From an uncultured Verrucomicrobiae bacterium (GTDB lineage: Bacteria > Verrucomicrobiota > Verrucomicrobiia > Chthoniobacterales > Terrimicrobiaceae), in contig CAVPOC010000015.1 of assembly GCA_963706955.1 (NCBI GenBank), forward strand, positions 1 through 64,000: a stretch of DNA of 64,000 bases. Reading direction: 5' to 3'. The notes below the pieces were generated by a model that made no database searches, had not been told where the DNA came from, and saw only the letters and a list, made by a program, of their open reading frames with translations. The first letter of the stretch is position 1; the number at the start of each line of letters is the position of its first letter. The translations under genes were made by a program, and so were the position numbers. Below are positions 20,572-34,327 of the stretch, one piece after another.

Positions 20572-21050
20572 GGTTCTTTTTCTTTTCGAATGACAATCTC
20601 CACAAGATCTCCAACCGGAGTGTGCGTTCTTTCCCCAAAGCACGCTGCGGCGAACTCGGCAAGTCGATCTTGAGGAATTCGCGCGAGCAGCCGGATTTGG
20701 GACTCGCTTTCGCTCGTGGGGATGGCAACTCCTCCCACAGATTTGAGGACCTCTTCGACACGCTTCCTCTCTTTTTCCATGTCTGTCGCAACGAGCTCGA
20801 TTGCCATTACTTCCGTCTCGAGGGTTGGTGGGGAAAGAGTCTCGTCGGCAATTCCTTTGAGAACGCTTTCCAATGCTTCAGAACCGGTCGGTTCAGGAGA
20901 GTTCGCCCCTTGCTGCGATGCTCCGCGCGCTAAGGAGTGCACGGTTACCAGAACGCTGGCAATCGGCAGCGCCAGCGCAACCAGACAGACTGCAATCGTA
21001 ACACCAAGCTGCCAGGTGAACCGGAATTGTTGCTGTCCTTTAGTTTGCAA
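20568..21050 (-). CDS. Hypothetical membrane-anchored protein
   Basis: TTG start, one N-terminal TM helix, soluble domain; coupled to the downstream gene. Confidence 0.6.
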   Translation of the reverse strand: MQTKGQQQFRFTWQLGVTIAVCLVALALPIASVLVTVHSLARGASQQGANSPEPTGSEALESVLKGIADETLSPPTLETEVMAIELVATDMEKERKRVEEVLKSVGGVAIPTSESESQIRLLARIPQDRLAEFAAACFGERTHTPVGDLVEIVIRKEKEP

Positions 21051-21096
21051 TGTTGACCGGGCCGTTTCGGTCTAGGATATTCCCCCACCTTTCCCG

Positions 21097-22890
21097 ATGT
21101 CCATCGCACGCACGCGCAATTTTTGCATCATCGCGCACATTGACCACGGCAAGACAACCCTGTCCGACCGTTTGCTGGAGAGCACCGGGACAATCGCCGA
21201 GCGTAATAAACAGGACCAATTGCTTGATTCGATGGATCTGGAGCGCGAACGCGGTATCACGATCAAAGCGCATCCGGTAGCAATGAAATATCGCGCGGAA
21301 GATGGACACAATTACCGGCTTAACCTGCTCGATACCCCGGGACACGTCGATTTCGCCTATGAAGTCTCCCGAAGCCTCGCGGCTTGCGAGGGCGCCTTGC
21401 TGGTCGTGGATGCCGCTCAAGGGGTTGAGGCGCAGACGGTCGCCAACGTCCATTTGGCGCTCAAACAAGGCCTGACCATTATTCCGATCATCAATAAAAT
21501 TGACCTTCCGAATGCGGACATCGAGACGGTAAAGAAACAACTTGAAGACATTCTGGCGATCCCCGCCGATGAAGCCATAGAAGCAAGCGCCAAGGTCGGC
21601 CTCGGCATTGAGGAAATTCTCGAGGCCATCGTCCATCGCATTCCTCCGCCGCAGGCGCCCGACGAAACACTCCGGGGCCTCGTTTTTGACTGTGTCTTTG
21701 ACGGCTATCGCGGCGTAGTTGCCTACGTCCGGGTCGCCACCGGGAGCATCACGCCTGGACTTGGCGTCAAGCTGATGTCGACCAAACAAAATTACGAAAT
21801 CAAAGAGGTCGGCGTTTTTACGCCAAAGATGGTCCCACAGCCTCGCCTTGACGCCGGGGATGTTGGATACTTCATCGCCAATATTAAGAGTACCGCTGAT
21901 ATCAAGATCGGCGACACTTTGACCGATGCTCGACGTCCAGCTCTTAATCCGCTGCCTGGCTTTCAGGAGGTCCATCCCATGGTCTTTAGCGGCATCTACC
22001 CAATCAATACCGCGGATTTCGAGCACCTCAAGGCCGCTATGGCCAAACTTCAACTCAACGATTCGGCTTTCGTGTTTCAACCGGAGAGCTCGGTCGCTCT
22101 TGGCTTCGGATTTCGTTGTGGCTTCCTGGGGCTCCTCCACATGGAAATCATCCAGGAACGCCTCCGGCGGGAGTATGGCATGGACATCATCGCCACCTAC
22201 CCAAGTGTCGTCTATGAAGTCGTCAAGACCAACGGAGACCATATCGAGGTCGACAACCCGGCAAACCTCCCGGATATGAGCGTGGTCGAGGAAATTCGGG
22301 AGCCGGTCGTGGAATGCTTTCTCATGGTGCCCAACGAAAACATCGGGGACATGATGCAACTCGTGCTCGACAAGCGCGGCACTGTTGAGCACACAGAGTC
22401 GCTCGACTCACGCCGCGTCATGATTACTGCCACACTTCCGCTCAACGAAATCCTCGTGGATTTCCACGACAAGATTAAGACGGTAACCCGCGGATACGGC
22501 TCGATGGACTATCAACCTGCCGGCTACCGTGAGGCCGACCTCGTCAAGCTTGAAATGCTCGTTAACGCTGAACCGGTGGACGCTTTCTCCTCAATCGTCC
22601 ACCGAGACAAGGCCGACGCCCGTGGCCGTTCCCTGGCTGCGAAGTTAAAGGAAGTGATCCCTGCCCAGCTTTACCAAGTCGCTATTCAAGCGGCTATCGG
22701 AGGCAAGATTATCGCGCGCGAAAATGTCAGCGCCTTACGCAAGAACGTCACCGCGAAGTGTTACGGCGGGGATATCACAAGAAAAAGAAAGCTCTTAGAA
22801 AAGCAGAAGGAAGGTAAGAAACGGATGAAGGCGATCGGTTCGGTAAACATACCTCAAGAGGCATTCATCCAAGTCCTGAAAACCAGCTAA
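21097..22890 (+). CDS. lepA: Elongation factor 4
   Basis: [44 protein letters not shown]. Confidence 0.99.
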   Translation: MSIARTRNFCIIAHIDHGKTTLSDRLLESTGTIAERNKQDQLLDSMDLERERGITIKAHPVAMKYRAEDGHNYRLNLLDTPGHVDFAYEVSRSLAACEGALLVVDAAQGVEAQTVANVHLALKQGLTIIPIINKIDLPNADIETVKKQLEDILAIPADEAIEASAKVGLGIEEILEAIVHRIPPPQAPDETLRGLVFDCVFDGYRGVVAYVRVATGSITPGLGVKLMSTKQNYEIKEVGVFTPKMVPQPRLDAGDVGYFIANIKSTADIKIGDTLTDARRPALNPLPGFQEVHPMVFSGIYPINTADFEHLKAAMAKLQLNDSAFVFQPESSVALGFGFRCGFLGLLHMEIIQERLRREYGMDIIATYPSVVYEVVKTNGDHIEVDNPANLPDMSVVEEIREPVVECFLMVPNENIGDMMQLVLDKRGTVEHTESLDSRRVMITATLPLNEILVDFHDKIKTVTRGYGSMDYQPAGYREADLVKLEMLVNAEPVDAFSSIVHRDKADARGRSLAAKLKEVIPAQLYQVAIQAAIGGKIIARENVSALRKNVTAKCYGGDITRKRKLLEKQKEGKKRMKAIGSVNIPQEAFIQVLKTS

Positions 22891-22963
22891 GCCGACTGTC
22901 GAACATGTTCTTGGAACGCACCTCGGGAATTTTGTTCGATGAATCGATAGCGGACTAGCTGGG

Positions 22964-24070
22964 ATGTTCTTCACTCCGAAGCATGTCAAAGAGGGACGGC
23001 ATTACCGTCACGCGCTGAAGCGGCTGATCCACTATAAGAAGGACATCCTGCCGGCTCGAGATTTAGCCGATCTCCAGGAACTCCTCGCAAAATTGCAGCA
23101 GGCGTTGAAGAGCCGTCACAAGGAGGAGATTTACACAGTTCGCGACGAGATTGAACGAGCGGTGGGGCGAATTGCGCCGCCGCCAAGAGACGCGGGATGG
23201 CGCGAGAATGTGGAAGTATTCTTGGTGGCAATTGTCATCGCCGCCGGTGTTCGCGCGTATTTTCTTCAGCCCTTTAAAATCCCGACAGGCTCGATGCAGC
23301 CGACTCTCTTCGGAATCGTCGGGACCCCGACAGCCTCTCGCCCGCCAAACCCAATCTCGCGAGCAATTCAGCTGGTTCTATTCGGGCGTCATTACCTCGA
23401 TGTAACGGCGAAAGAGGCTGACATCATCGCCGAGCTGGAAGAAGCGACCTACCTAAATTTCTTCACCTTTACGACCATAGTCGGTGAGAAGAATTCCTAT
23501 ACTGTGTTTGCGCCGCGCGACACTCTCTATCGCGATTTTGGAGTTCAGCCGAGGAGGAGCTACCAACAAGGCGAAACAATTGCGCGCGGCTTCATCCAAA
23601 CCGGTGACCAGGTCTTTGTAGACAAGATGTCCTACAACTTCGCGAATCCGAATCGCGGGGATGTGTTCGTCTTCAAGACCAATGGCATCAGGCGCATCGA
23701 AATCGGCCTGCCCGAAGGCGTCGAGTCACAGCACTATATCAAGCGATTGGGAGGAATTCCTGGAGATACACTGCGGATCGCTGCCCCGGATTTGTTCATC
23801 AATGGCCGCAAGGCCGCTCAATGGGTTTTCCAGCGGGTGATGAGTCAGCGGAACGGCTACCGAGGATATTCGAACATGCACCAATTTCCCTATCTCTCGA
23901 CACCAAACGAAACCTTCACCGTCCCCGATAAAGGTTACTTTGCGCTGGGAGACAACAGCTATTTCTCGCGCGACAGTCGCGATTTTGGAGCGGTTCCAGA
24001 CAAAAATGTCACCGGTCGAGGACTTTTCGTCTACTGGCCCTTTGGGGAACGTTGGGGACTTATTCGCTAG
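22964..24070 (+). CDS. lepB: Signal peptidase I with N-terminal extension
   Basis: IPTGSM (Ser), YIKRL (Lys), GDNSYFSRDSR; follows lepA. Confidence 0.95.
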   Translation: MFFTPKHVKEGRHYRHALKRLIHYKKDILPARDLADLQELLAKLQQALKSRHKEEIYTVRDEIERAVGRIAPPPRDAGWRENVEVFLVAIVIAAGVRAYFLQPFKIPTGSMQPTLFGIVGTPTASRPPNPISRAIQLVLFGRHYLDVTAKEADIIAELEEATYLNFFTFTTIVGEKNSYTVFAPRDTLYRDFGVQPRRSYQQGETIARGFIQTGDQVFVDKMSYNFANPNRGDVFVFKTNGIRRIEIGLPEGVESQHYIKRLGGIPGDTLRIAAPDLFINGRKAAQWVFQRVMSQRNGYRGYSNMHQFPYLSTPNETFTVPDKGYFALGDNSYFSRDSRDFGAVPDKNVTGRGLFVYWPFGERWGLIR

Positions 24071-24128
24071 CTGCGACCACCCCCAAGGTCAACCAGGATG
24101 GGCGCCTCGAAAGAATCTCGTGCCTTGG

Positions 24129-26195
24129 TCAATAGCGAGCCAGGCAGACTCCGTAGGCCGGAACTTCAACTGGCCCGTTGAGTTCCCGCTCTTGTAACAA
24201 GTCGAAGCTGGATTGCTTAAATGTAACGACCTTCGGTTGAGATGTAAAATTCAGGAAAAAGCAAAGGCGTTCTCGTTCGCTCACTCGGACCGTTGTCTGA
24301 AGGTCGGCAGGGATTTCTGCCCACATGCGCAAAGGATCTTCAATCGAAAGCGCGTCGAGCAAGGCCGCCACATTTTCGAAGGTGAAGAAGCTGCCGAAAT
24401 GCACTACTCTCCCCTTTCCGTGCTTTCGAAGAGTTACGGCAGGCTTGCCGGCATAATAATCGGATCTGTACGAAGCAAGCACCGTGATTTCTTCATCTAG
24501 CGGCGCGAGCACTTCGTTGAAGATTGGCGCCTCGACCGTGGCATCCATAGACGCGAAGGAAACGGCGGAGGCCTCACCAGGCGCAACCACTGTAAAATCC
24601 TCCACCCGAACGCCCACCAAGTTCTCGTAGAACTCTTTCCCGGAGGCATCGTAGCACCAATGGCGCCGGTCGCGGTGGGCGCTCCAGCAGCCGAAAACCA
24701 ACGTTCCCCCACCCTCGACATAATCTTGCAAGCGTCTTAAATCCGATGCTTCCAGGACGTGAGCGTGGGGGAAGAAAACGATCTTGTATGCCTGGAGATC
24801 ACCGTTCTTCTCCAGAGTCGAGAGACCGAGAACATCCGCAGACAAGTGTCTTTCCGCGAGCGCGCGGTAGACAGCGCGGTCGCTTGCATCGCGATGTTGA
24901 CCGGTGGCGTGTTCGATGCGTGCGTGCGACTCATTATCGAAATTGTAAATGATCGCCGCAGGTGACGTGCATCGGGTGCGCAGGAGAATCGGAGCCAACC
25001 GCTGGATCTCTTGACCGAGCTGCCTTGCCTCGTCCAGCCGCCACGTATTTCTCTCATCATGATATCGCAGACCATTCCAATGCGCTTCAGCCCCATATGG
25101 CAGCGATCTCCAGCGAAAGAAGACGATACCGTCGCACCCATTCGCAATGGAGTTCCAGCACCACAGTCGCATCTGTCCGGGCTTCGGCGTGGGATGCAGA
25201 TAGTCGGGATTGCCATTCAGAATTCCGCCGATCTGCCCGCTCGGCCCGGATTGCTGCTCCAAGACCATGAACTTCTGTGAAACTCCGCGCATCCTGGAGA
25301 GAAGGCGGGATTCAAAACGGTCCCGAAAGTGCCGCGGCAAACTAAGATCACATACCCTAAATTCCGGGTAAGAATCGTACGATACGAAATCAACCGCTTC
25401 CCTGACGAATTCTGGTAAATCTACATTCGTCATATCCTGGAAGGCATTGTGGGTGACGAATTGGTGCGGCGCGATCCGCTTGATGATCGCATATTGCATC
25501 GCTCCAAACCGAATCGTCATGTCCGACGTAAATCGATAGAAATCCAAGAGCAAGCTGGGGTTCTGATAGGTGACCGTCGGCCGTGGCAACCAGACCTGCT
25601 CCCAGGCAGTATACGTTTGCGACCAAAATGCCGTTCCCCAGGCAGCATTCAGAGCGTCCAAGGTGGTGTAGCGTTCCTGACACCATGCGCGAAAGGCCTG
25701 GTGGTCGCTTTCCGCAAAACTCGTGTCCAGATGACAGTTAAGTTCGTTATCGATCTGCCATCCGATCACGACGGGATGATCGCGGTAGTGAGCTGCCAAT
25801 GCTTCGGTGATCGCGCAGGACTTTTCGCGGTAAACCGATGCAGTGTAGTTGTAATGGCGTCGCGAGCCGTGCCGCAACGGCGTGCCCGCGAAACTCGTGC
25901 GAAGAACCTCTGGATAGCGCTCAGTAAGCCAGGCTGGTGGCGTATACGTTGGCGTCCCCATGATCGCCTTCAATTCTTTCTCTTGGCAGAGGCTCAAGGC
26001 GCGATCGAACAACTCAAACTCGTAGCGTCCTTCCTCGGGCTCCCAGATACTCCAAGCCCCCTCGCCCATTCGAACCACATTCATGCCCGACTCGGCGATG
26101 TCCGCCAGATCTCTCTCCCAGGACGCCTCCGGCCATTGTTCCGGATAGTAGACAACTCCGTAGAAGAACGAATCGTGGGAGTAGCTCTTATTCAT
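24129..26195 (-). CDS. Beta-galactosidase, GH42 (second, divergent copy)
   Basis: YGVVYYPEQW, GTPTYTPPAWL, WQIDNELN, VLEQQSG, trimerisation domain; no signal peptide. Confidence 0.92.
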   Translation of the reverse strand: MNKSYSHDSFFYGVVYYPEQWPEASWERDLADIAESGMNVVRMGEGAWSIWEPEEGRYEFELFDRALSLCQEKELKAIMGTPTYTPPAWLTERYPEVLRTSFAGTPLRHGSRRHYNYTASVYREKSCAITEALAAHYRDHPVVIGWQIDNELNCHLDTSFAESDHQAFRAWCQERYTTLDALNAAWGTAFWSQTYTAWEQVWLPRPTVTYQNPSLLLDFYRFTSDMTIRFGAMQYAIIKRIAPHQFVTHNAFQDMTNVDLPEFVREAVDFVSYDSYPEFRVCDLSLPRHFRDRFESRLLSRMRGVSQKFMVLEQQSGPSGQIGGILNGNPDYLHPTPKPGQMRLWCWNSIANGCDGIVFFRWRSLPYGAEAHWNGLRYHDERNTWRLDEARQLGQEIQRLAPILLRTRCTSPAAIIYNFDNESHARIEHATGQHRDASDRAVYRALAERHLSADVLGLSTLEKNGDLQAYKIVFFPHAHVLEASDLRRLQDYVEGGGTLVFGCWSAHRDRRHWCYDASGKEFYENLVGVRVEDFTVVAPGEASAVSFASMDATVEAPIFNEVLAPLDEEITVLASYRSDYYAGKPAVTLRKHGKGRVVHFGSFFTFENVAALLDALSIEDPLRMWAEIPADLQTTVRVSERERLCFFLNFTSQPKVVTFKQSSFDLLQERELNGPVEVPAYGVCLARY

Positions 26196-26277
26196 AATAT
26201 AGATGTTCTGCTAACAAGCCTTCGAACAAATGCTTATAAATTGGACGAACACAACGCAGCGAGTCTGATTTTGCTGC

Positions 26278-26339
26278 TGTAGCGGCGGTGTCCTCGCCGC
26301 CGTGCCTCAAGGATCGGCGATGAGGACATCGCCGCTACA
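26278..26339. repeat. GTAG-type REP doublet (REPIN-like)
   Basis: 25-nt inverted arms TGTAGCGGCGGTGTCCTCGCCGCCG / CGGCGATGAGGACATCGCCGCTACA (22/25), 12-nt spacer, each arm internally palindromic. Confidence 0.75.
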
Positions 26340-26361
26340 AAGCCTATCCTCATGTGACATC

Positions 26362-27207
26362 CTACTTCACGGCTCCGAGAGTGAGACCCGCAATAAATTG
26401 GCGCTGGAGGATAAAGAACATGGCCACGGGCGGAAGGGCGGCAACGATGGATCCAGCCGAGATGAGTTGCCAGGAGGCCAACCATTGACCTCGCAGTGAG
26501 GCAATACCGGTTGTTATCGGCTTCACGGTATCGCTTTGCACCAGGACCAACGCCCAGAAATAATCGTTCCAAACGAACGTGAACAGCAATACTGCCAAAG
26601 CTGCGAGGGCCGGACGCAATAGCGGCACAATAATATACCAGAAAATCTTGAGTTCGTTGACACCCTCGACGCGTGCCGACTCGATCAACGCGTTTGGCAA
26701 GGTGGAGATGAAGTTTCGCATAAAAAGGGTGCAGAAACCCGTTTGAAACGCGAGGTGGAACAGGATGAGCGCCCAGTAGGTGTCGAGAAGCCCAAAGCGC
26801 AATGTCATGTTCCGAACCGGCACCATTAGGATCTGGAAGGGAACAAAGTTGCCGCCGACGAAAATGCAAAACATCAGCAGATTTCCGCGAAACTTAAACT
26901 TGGCTAAGGCATACCCGCCGAGAGTGGCCAGCGCAATGGCACAAAAGACAGCTGGAAGAGTGATCACCACCGTGTTTATCAAATAGCGCGTCAATGGCGT
27001 CGCCTGGAAAATCTCGATGTAATTGGAGAATTTCCACTCCTTAGGCCAGCCCCAGTAGTTTCCCATATTCAGATCTTCGGCCGAGCGAATCGAGGTCAAC
27101 AAAACCGCCAGGAGCGGCAAGAGCCACGCCACCAGAGCGACAACCACCGCCGCGTAATAAAGATACCGTTTCGCCGGGGCGGCTTTCTGCATCGGAGCGG
27201 GAAACAT
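26362..27207 (-). CDS. Carbohydrate ABC permease (MalG-like)
   Basis: EAA loop LIESARVEG, FVWNDYFW, LQRQFIAGLTLGAVK. Confidence 0.93.
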   Translation of the reverse strand: MFPAPMQKAAPAKRYLYYAAVVVALVAWLLPLLAVLLTSIRSAEDLNMGNYWGWPKEWKFSNYIEIFQATPLTRYLINTVVITLPAVFCAIALATLGGYALAKFKFRGNLLMFCIFVGGNFVPFQILMVPVRNMTLRFGLLDTYWALILFHLAFQTGFCTLFMRNFISTLPNALIESARVEGVNELKIFWYIIVPLLRPALAALAVLLFTFVWNDYFWALVLVQSDTVKPITTGIASLRGQWLASWQLISAGSIVAALPPVAMFFILQRQFIAGLTLGAVK

Positions 27208-28130
27208 CAGCGTTCTTCGGTTCTAATCATTCGCCAGAGAAAGAAGGCAATGAAAATCGACATAATAAGAAAGAGTACCACAGCAATCGCTGCCCCGTAG
27301 CCCATGCGGAAATTCGTGATCGACTGCTGGAACATGAAAAAGGCCAGGATCGACGAGCTGCCGTACGGCCCTCCATCCGTCATGACCTGCACCAAATCGA
27401 ACGATCGAAGCGCACCGACAACGGTGATTACGACTGCGATGAAAGTTGCGGGTCTGAGTTGCGGCATAATGATATGCCAGAACATTCGAAATCCCTTAGC
27501 GCCATCCAGGCGTCCGGCCTCAATCTGTTCGGGATCAACCGCTGTGAGACCCGCAAGGAAAAGGATCATGCAGTAGGAAATTTGCGGCCATAATCCCGCG
27601 GCAATGATCGCGAACGTCACCGTGTTGGGATCCGAAAGCGGTGCGATAGGCGGAACGCCGAAGATTCCCAAAACAGCGTTTAGGAGGCCATGCGTCGGAT
27701 CGTAGAACCAAGAGAAAACGAGCCCGATGACCACTTGTGACAGGACGAAAGGAAAAAAGAACAGCGATTTGACGAGCCGCATTCCGGGTAGCTGCTGGTT
27801 GAGAAAAATCGCTATCGCCACTCCGCCAACTGGCCCAAGCAAAAAGAGAACCAGCCAGTAAACGTTGTTTCGAAGAGACGTCCAAAATTGCTCATCTTCA
27901 AAAAGCTGCTCGTAGTTGGCCAGACCTATGAATTGCTTGTCTGGGGTGATCCCATCCCATTCGAACAGACTGAGCCAAAAGGACTGAAAGATCGGAATCA
28001 CTACATAAACCGCGAAGATGATCGCCGCTGGTGCTATGAAGAGCCACGGCGCCAAATCGTGGCGGCCCACGTGACGCCGTCTTTTCGGCTGGACAACCCC
28101 GGCCTGGCTGGTGGCGCTTGGCGAGTTCAC
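27207..28130 (-). CDS. Carbohydrate ABC permease (MalF-like)
   Basis: FIGLANY, EAGRLDGA, MTDGGP, MGYGAAIAV; GTG start. Confidence 0.93.
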   Translation of the reverse strand: MNSPSATSQAGVVQPKRRRHVGRHDLAPWLFIAPAAIIFAVYVVIPIFQSFWLSLFEWDGITPDKQFIGLANYEQLFEDEQFWTSLRNNVYWLVLFLLGPVGGVAIAIFLNQQLPGMRLVKSLFFFPFVLSQVVIGLVFSWFYDPTHGLLNAVLGIFGVPPIAPLSDPNTVTFAIIAAGLWPQISYCMILFLAGLTAVDPEQIEAGRLDGAKGFRMFWHIIMPQLRPATFIAVVITVVGALRSFDLVQVMTDGGPYGSSSILAFFMFQQSITNFRMGYGAAIAVVLFLIMSIFIAFFLWRMIRTEER

Positions 28131-28196
28131 GTAATCTTAGGAGATTAGAAAAAGCATTGCGAACCGCAGGCGCTCTATTTGGACTGCGCTCTCCGC

Positions 28197-29435
28197 CTAC
28201 TTCACTGTGCCGCCTTTTTCCTTGAATATTCGCTGCTCGACCTTGTCGAGCCGTTTCAAAATCTGGTCGATCCGGTCTGGGACAGACATGAATTCCTGAA
28301 AGCCTTTCATGCCCTCGGTCGCCATTTCAGGGTCCGTGTCGCGATCATAGTATTGCGCCGCCTTGGCATTCTTCAGAAGTTCGATGCCTGCTAGGAAAAG
28401 GGGATCCTCAGGCGGCTTGGCGTTCACGTTGCAAGGCAAGGATGCCAGCCCAACCGCCATCTTTTCTTGAACTGCAGGCGTGGCAATAAATTCCAAAAAC
28501 TTTCGCGCACCCGCTTTGTTTTTCGCTTTCGCCGGAATATGCATACTGTCAACCGGAGCATCTTCCCCGGCAGGAACGTCCGGCTTGATCGTTGGGAATG
28601 GAAAAAAGCCTATTTTGTCCTTCATATCCGCCGGGACCGCTTGCCCGAGGAAACTTCCGATGAGAATCATCGCGGCCTTGCCCTGCAGGAGGAAGGAAAG
28701 GCTCTCTTGCCAAGTGTAGGTGGAGTTATTTGGCAGGTAGAATTTGCCGTCCACCAATTCCTTCCACTTTGCGAAGACTTCCTTGACCCTTTCATCCGTG
28801 TAGGGGACCTTCCCATCCATGAGCTGCATGTGAAAATCATATCCGTTGATGCGCATGTTCAGAATGTCAAACCAACCAGCTGGGGTCCAAACGTCTTTCG
28901 TGCCGATCGTAAACGGAATTATGTCATTTTCCTTCAGCTTCTTTGCAGCCGCGACAAATTCGTCCCACGTCTTGGGTACGGCGATCCCGAGTTTCTCGAA
29001 AATGTCCTTGCGGTAGAAAATACCCCAGAACGAGTAGGTTGTCGGGATACCCCACTGTTTTCCGTCGACGGTCATTGCCGAAAGTGTCGTCTTGAATTCC
29101 TCGTCCCACTTGTTCTTCGTCCAGACGTCCGAGACGTCGTCGAACAAGCCGCGATCGACGAAAGCCTTCATGCGATTGCCTGAGAACCAAAAGACAATGT
29201 CCGGCGGTTCAGTCGTAAGCCAGTTTCGAATCGCCGTCTTGTAGCCTTCGTGATCGGTCGTGTTGAAGACGACTTCTAAGTCGGGATTCTGCTTCTTGAA
29301 CTCTTCGACGAGCTCAGTAAAGAGCGTCTTGCCCGCCGGATTCGACTGGTTCGAATTGATGACCAGCTTGTCCGCCAGCGCGGTGATAGCGGTTAAGAGT
29401 ACGAGTGTTATCGGAAGGGCGAATTTATTGATCAT
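28197..29435 (-). CDS. Carbohydrate ABC substrate-binding protein
   Basis: Signal peptide, DHEGYKTAIRNWL, FYRKDIF..LGI..PKTWDE, QYYDRD. Confidence 0.92.
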   Translation of the reverse strand: MINKFALPITLVLLTAITALADKLVINSNQSNPAGKTLFTELVEEFKKQNPDLEVVFNTTDHEGYKTAIRNWLTTEPPDIVFWFSGNRMKAFVDRGLFDDVSDVWTKNKWDEEFKTTLSAMTVDGKQWGIPTTYSFWGIFYRKDIFEKLGIAVPKTWDEFVAAAKKLKENDIIPFTIGTKDVWTPAGWFDILNMRINGYDFHMQLMDGKVPYTDERVKEVFAKWKELVDGKFYLPNNSTYTWQESLSFLLQGKAAMILIGSFLGQAVPADMKDKIGFFPFPTIKPDVPAGEDAPVDSMHIPAKAKNKAGARKFLEFIATPAVQEKMAVGLASLPCNVNAKPPEDPLFLAGIELLKNAKAAQYYDRDTDPEMATEGMKGFQEFMSVPDRIDQILKRLDKVEQRIFKEKGGTVK

Positions 29436-29585
29436 CGCTTTGGGGGGTTAACTTGTTCTTGGGGGGTGGAAACTTTCGTTAAAGACCGTTGTCCGTCACG
29501 TCGAATTCGCAAAAGTGTTGGCTTGCCAGAGGCGGGCAAGGCAGCGCAAAAATCGCCACTTCTCGAATTATTTCGTGCATCGTGC

Positions 29586-29600
29586 TTGACTTTGAGTCAA
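29586..29600. promoter_or_regulatory. Palindromic candidate operator in divergent promoter
   Basis: TTGACT-TTG-AGTCAA, perfect 6-bp arms, between SBP and ATPase genes. Confidence 0.35.
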
Positions 29601-29706
29601 TTCTTTTTGAATCGTCGCAATTTGAAAAGGGAAAAATGGGATATCGTAAGAATTTCCCTTTGTTGCCTCTTGGAAAACAACTCCCCTTAACTAGGCTCAG
29701 GCGTTT

Positions 29707-30801
29707 ATGGCAGAACTAACCCTGCGAAAGGTAGTCAAACGATTCGGTCAAGTCGAGATCATCCACGGCGTTGATCTGGAAATTCTGGACGGAGAATTCG
29801 TCGTGTTTGTGGGTCCCTCCGGTTGCGGAAAGTCGACCCTCCTTCGGATGATAGCGGGTCTCGAGGAATTGACGGATGGTGAGCTTCGGATCGGCGATCG
29901 AGTGGTCAACGACGTGGAGCCAGCCGCGCGGGGCGTCGCGATGGTTTTTCAGACCTACGCGCTTTACCCTCACATGACAGTCGAAGAGAACATGAGCTTC
30001 GGATTGCGGATGGGCGGTCTCGCAAAGCCAGAGATCAAGAAGCGAGTCGACCGCGCGGCCGATATTTTGCATTTGACGCCGCTCCTTAAGCGTCGCCCGG
30101 CACAGCTCTCGGGTGGCCAGCGTCAGCGGGTGGCGATCGGCCGGGCGATCGTGCGAGAGCCGAAAGTCTTTCTATTTGACGAACCGCTTTCCAATCTTGA
30201 CGCGGAGTTGCGCGTCCAGATGCGGATCGAAATCTCGAAGCTCCATTATGATCTGAAGACTACTATGATTTATGTGACGCACGACCAAGTCGAAGCGATG
30301 ACGCTCGCGGACAAGATCGTCATTCTCAATCGCGGACTGATCGAGCAAGTCGGAAGACCAATGGATCTCTACCTGAAGCCGGCAAATCTCTTTGTTGCGG
30401 GCTTTATGGGTTCTCCGAAAATGAACTTCCTGAAAATTCCGTCTGCAAGCAGTGATGGGAAGAACGTCCGGCTGGAAGCACCGGATTTCCCGAAGGGGCA
30501 CGTCATTCTCGAGGCGCCAAATGCCCCTCCGATTCAAGGCGGCAAGGAATTTACTCTGGGAATTCGACCCGAGCACATTGTGGTAAACCAGCAAAATGAA
30601 GGCAAAGGGGTGATCGAGATCGAGGTAGTCGAAGTTTTGGGAGACATTACCTACTTGCACGGAGTGACCCCGGGCGGGAACCGCATTACGGTTAGCATCA
30701 ACGGATTCCACGAGTTTAAACACGGAGATACAATAGGATTCGATTTCGCGGAAAAGGACGCGCACTTGTTCGATTCCGATGGCAAGTCTGTTGCCCTCTG
30801 A
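29707..30801 (+). CDS. Sugar ABC ATP-binding protein (MalK/LacK-like)
   Basis: GPSGCGKST, LSGGQRQR, FLFDEPLSNLD, YVTHDQ, TOBE region GIRPEH. Confidence 0.96.
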   Translation: MAELTLRKVVKRFGQVEIIHGVDLEILDGEFVVFVGPSGCGKSTLLRMIAGLEELTDGELRIGDRVVNDVEPAARGVAMVFQTYALYPHMTVEENMSFGLRMGGLAKPEIKKRVDRAADILHLTPLLKRRPAQLSGGQRQRVAIGRAIVREPKVFLFDEPLSNLDAELRVQMRIEISKLHYDLKTTMIYVTHDQVEAMTLADKIVILNRGLIEQVGRPMDLYLKPANLFVAGFMGSPKMNFLKIPSASSDGKNVRLEAPDFPKGHVILEAPNAPPIQGGKEFTLGIRPEHIVVNQQNEGKGVIEIEVVEVLGDITYLHGVTPGGNRITVSINGFHEFKHGDTIGFDFAEKDAHLFDSDGKSVAL

Positions 30802-31024
30802 CTAGCATGCGCTGACGTTGGTTGAGAGTTCGCGAGGATGGAGCGACCCGGACCTCGGGACCCAGCGCAATCGCGTGCGCATCACTCAGCCCGGGAGGCA
30901 GCTGGGTCGATTTACTATGCTGGATGGACATCACGCCAACACATCGGGCATTCGCCGAGGCCTTTGAAGGCGTCGGACACGGAACCCCGTCGAACAGAAG
31001 ATTTATTTCCCGGACCAGCGGTGA

Positions 31025-34147
<3,123 letters not shown>

Positions 34148-34216
34148 CTGCCGATCTCCAACGTGCTGGCCGGCGTTCCTCAACGTTGCCGTCTCCAACC
34201 CGCTTCAGGCGGATCG

Positions 34217-34327
34217 TCAGCCGATCTTGGGTGCTTTGGCACAATGCGAACATCCGGTAAGACCAAGCCAAATGACGACCGCAATCAAGCAGCAGAGCGC
34301 CCCGAAGAATTTGAGATTGTCATCCAT
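34217..34327 (-). CDS. Putative 36-aa small membrane/lipoprotein (not in ORF track)
   Basis: MDDNLKFFGALCCLIAVVIWLGLTGCSHCAKAPKIG*: hydrophobic helix then lipobox LTGC. Confidence 0.4.
   Translation of the reverse strand: MDDNLKFFGALCCLIAVVIWLGLTGCSHCAKAPKIG

Noticed and set aside
26278..26339. CRISPR repeat
   Set aside because: One inverted pair only; no direct repeat-spacer array or cas genes
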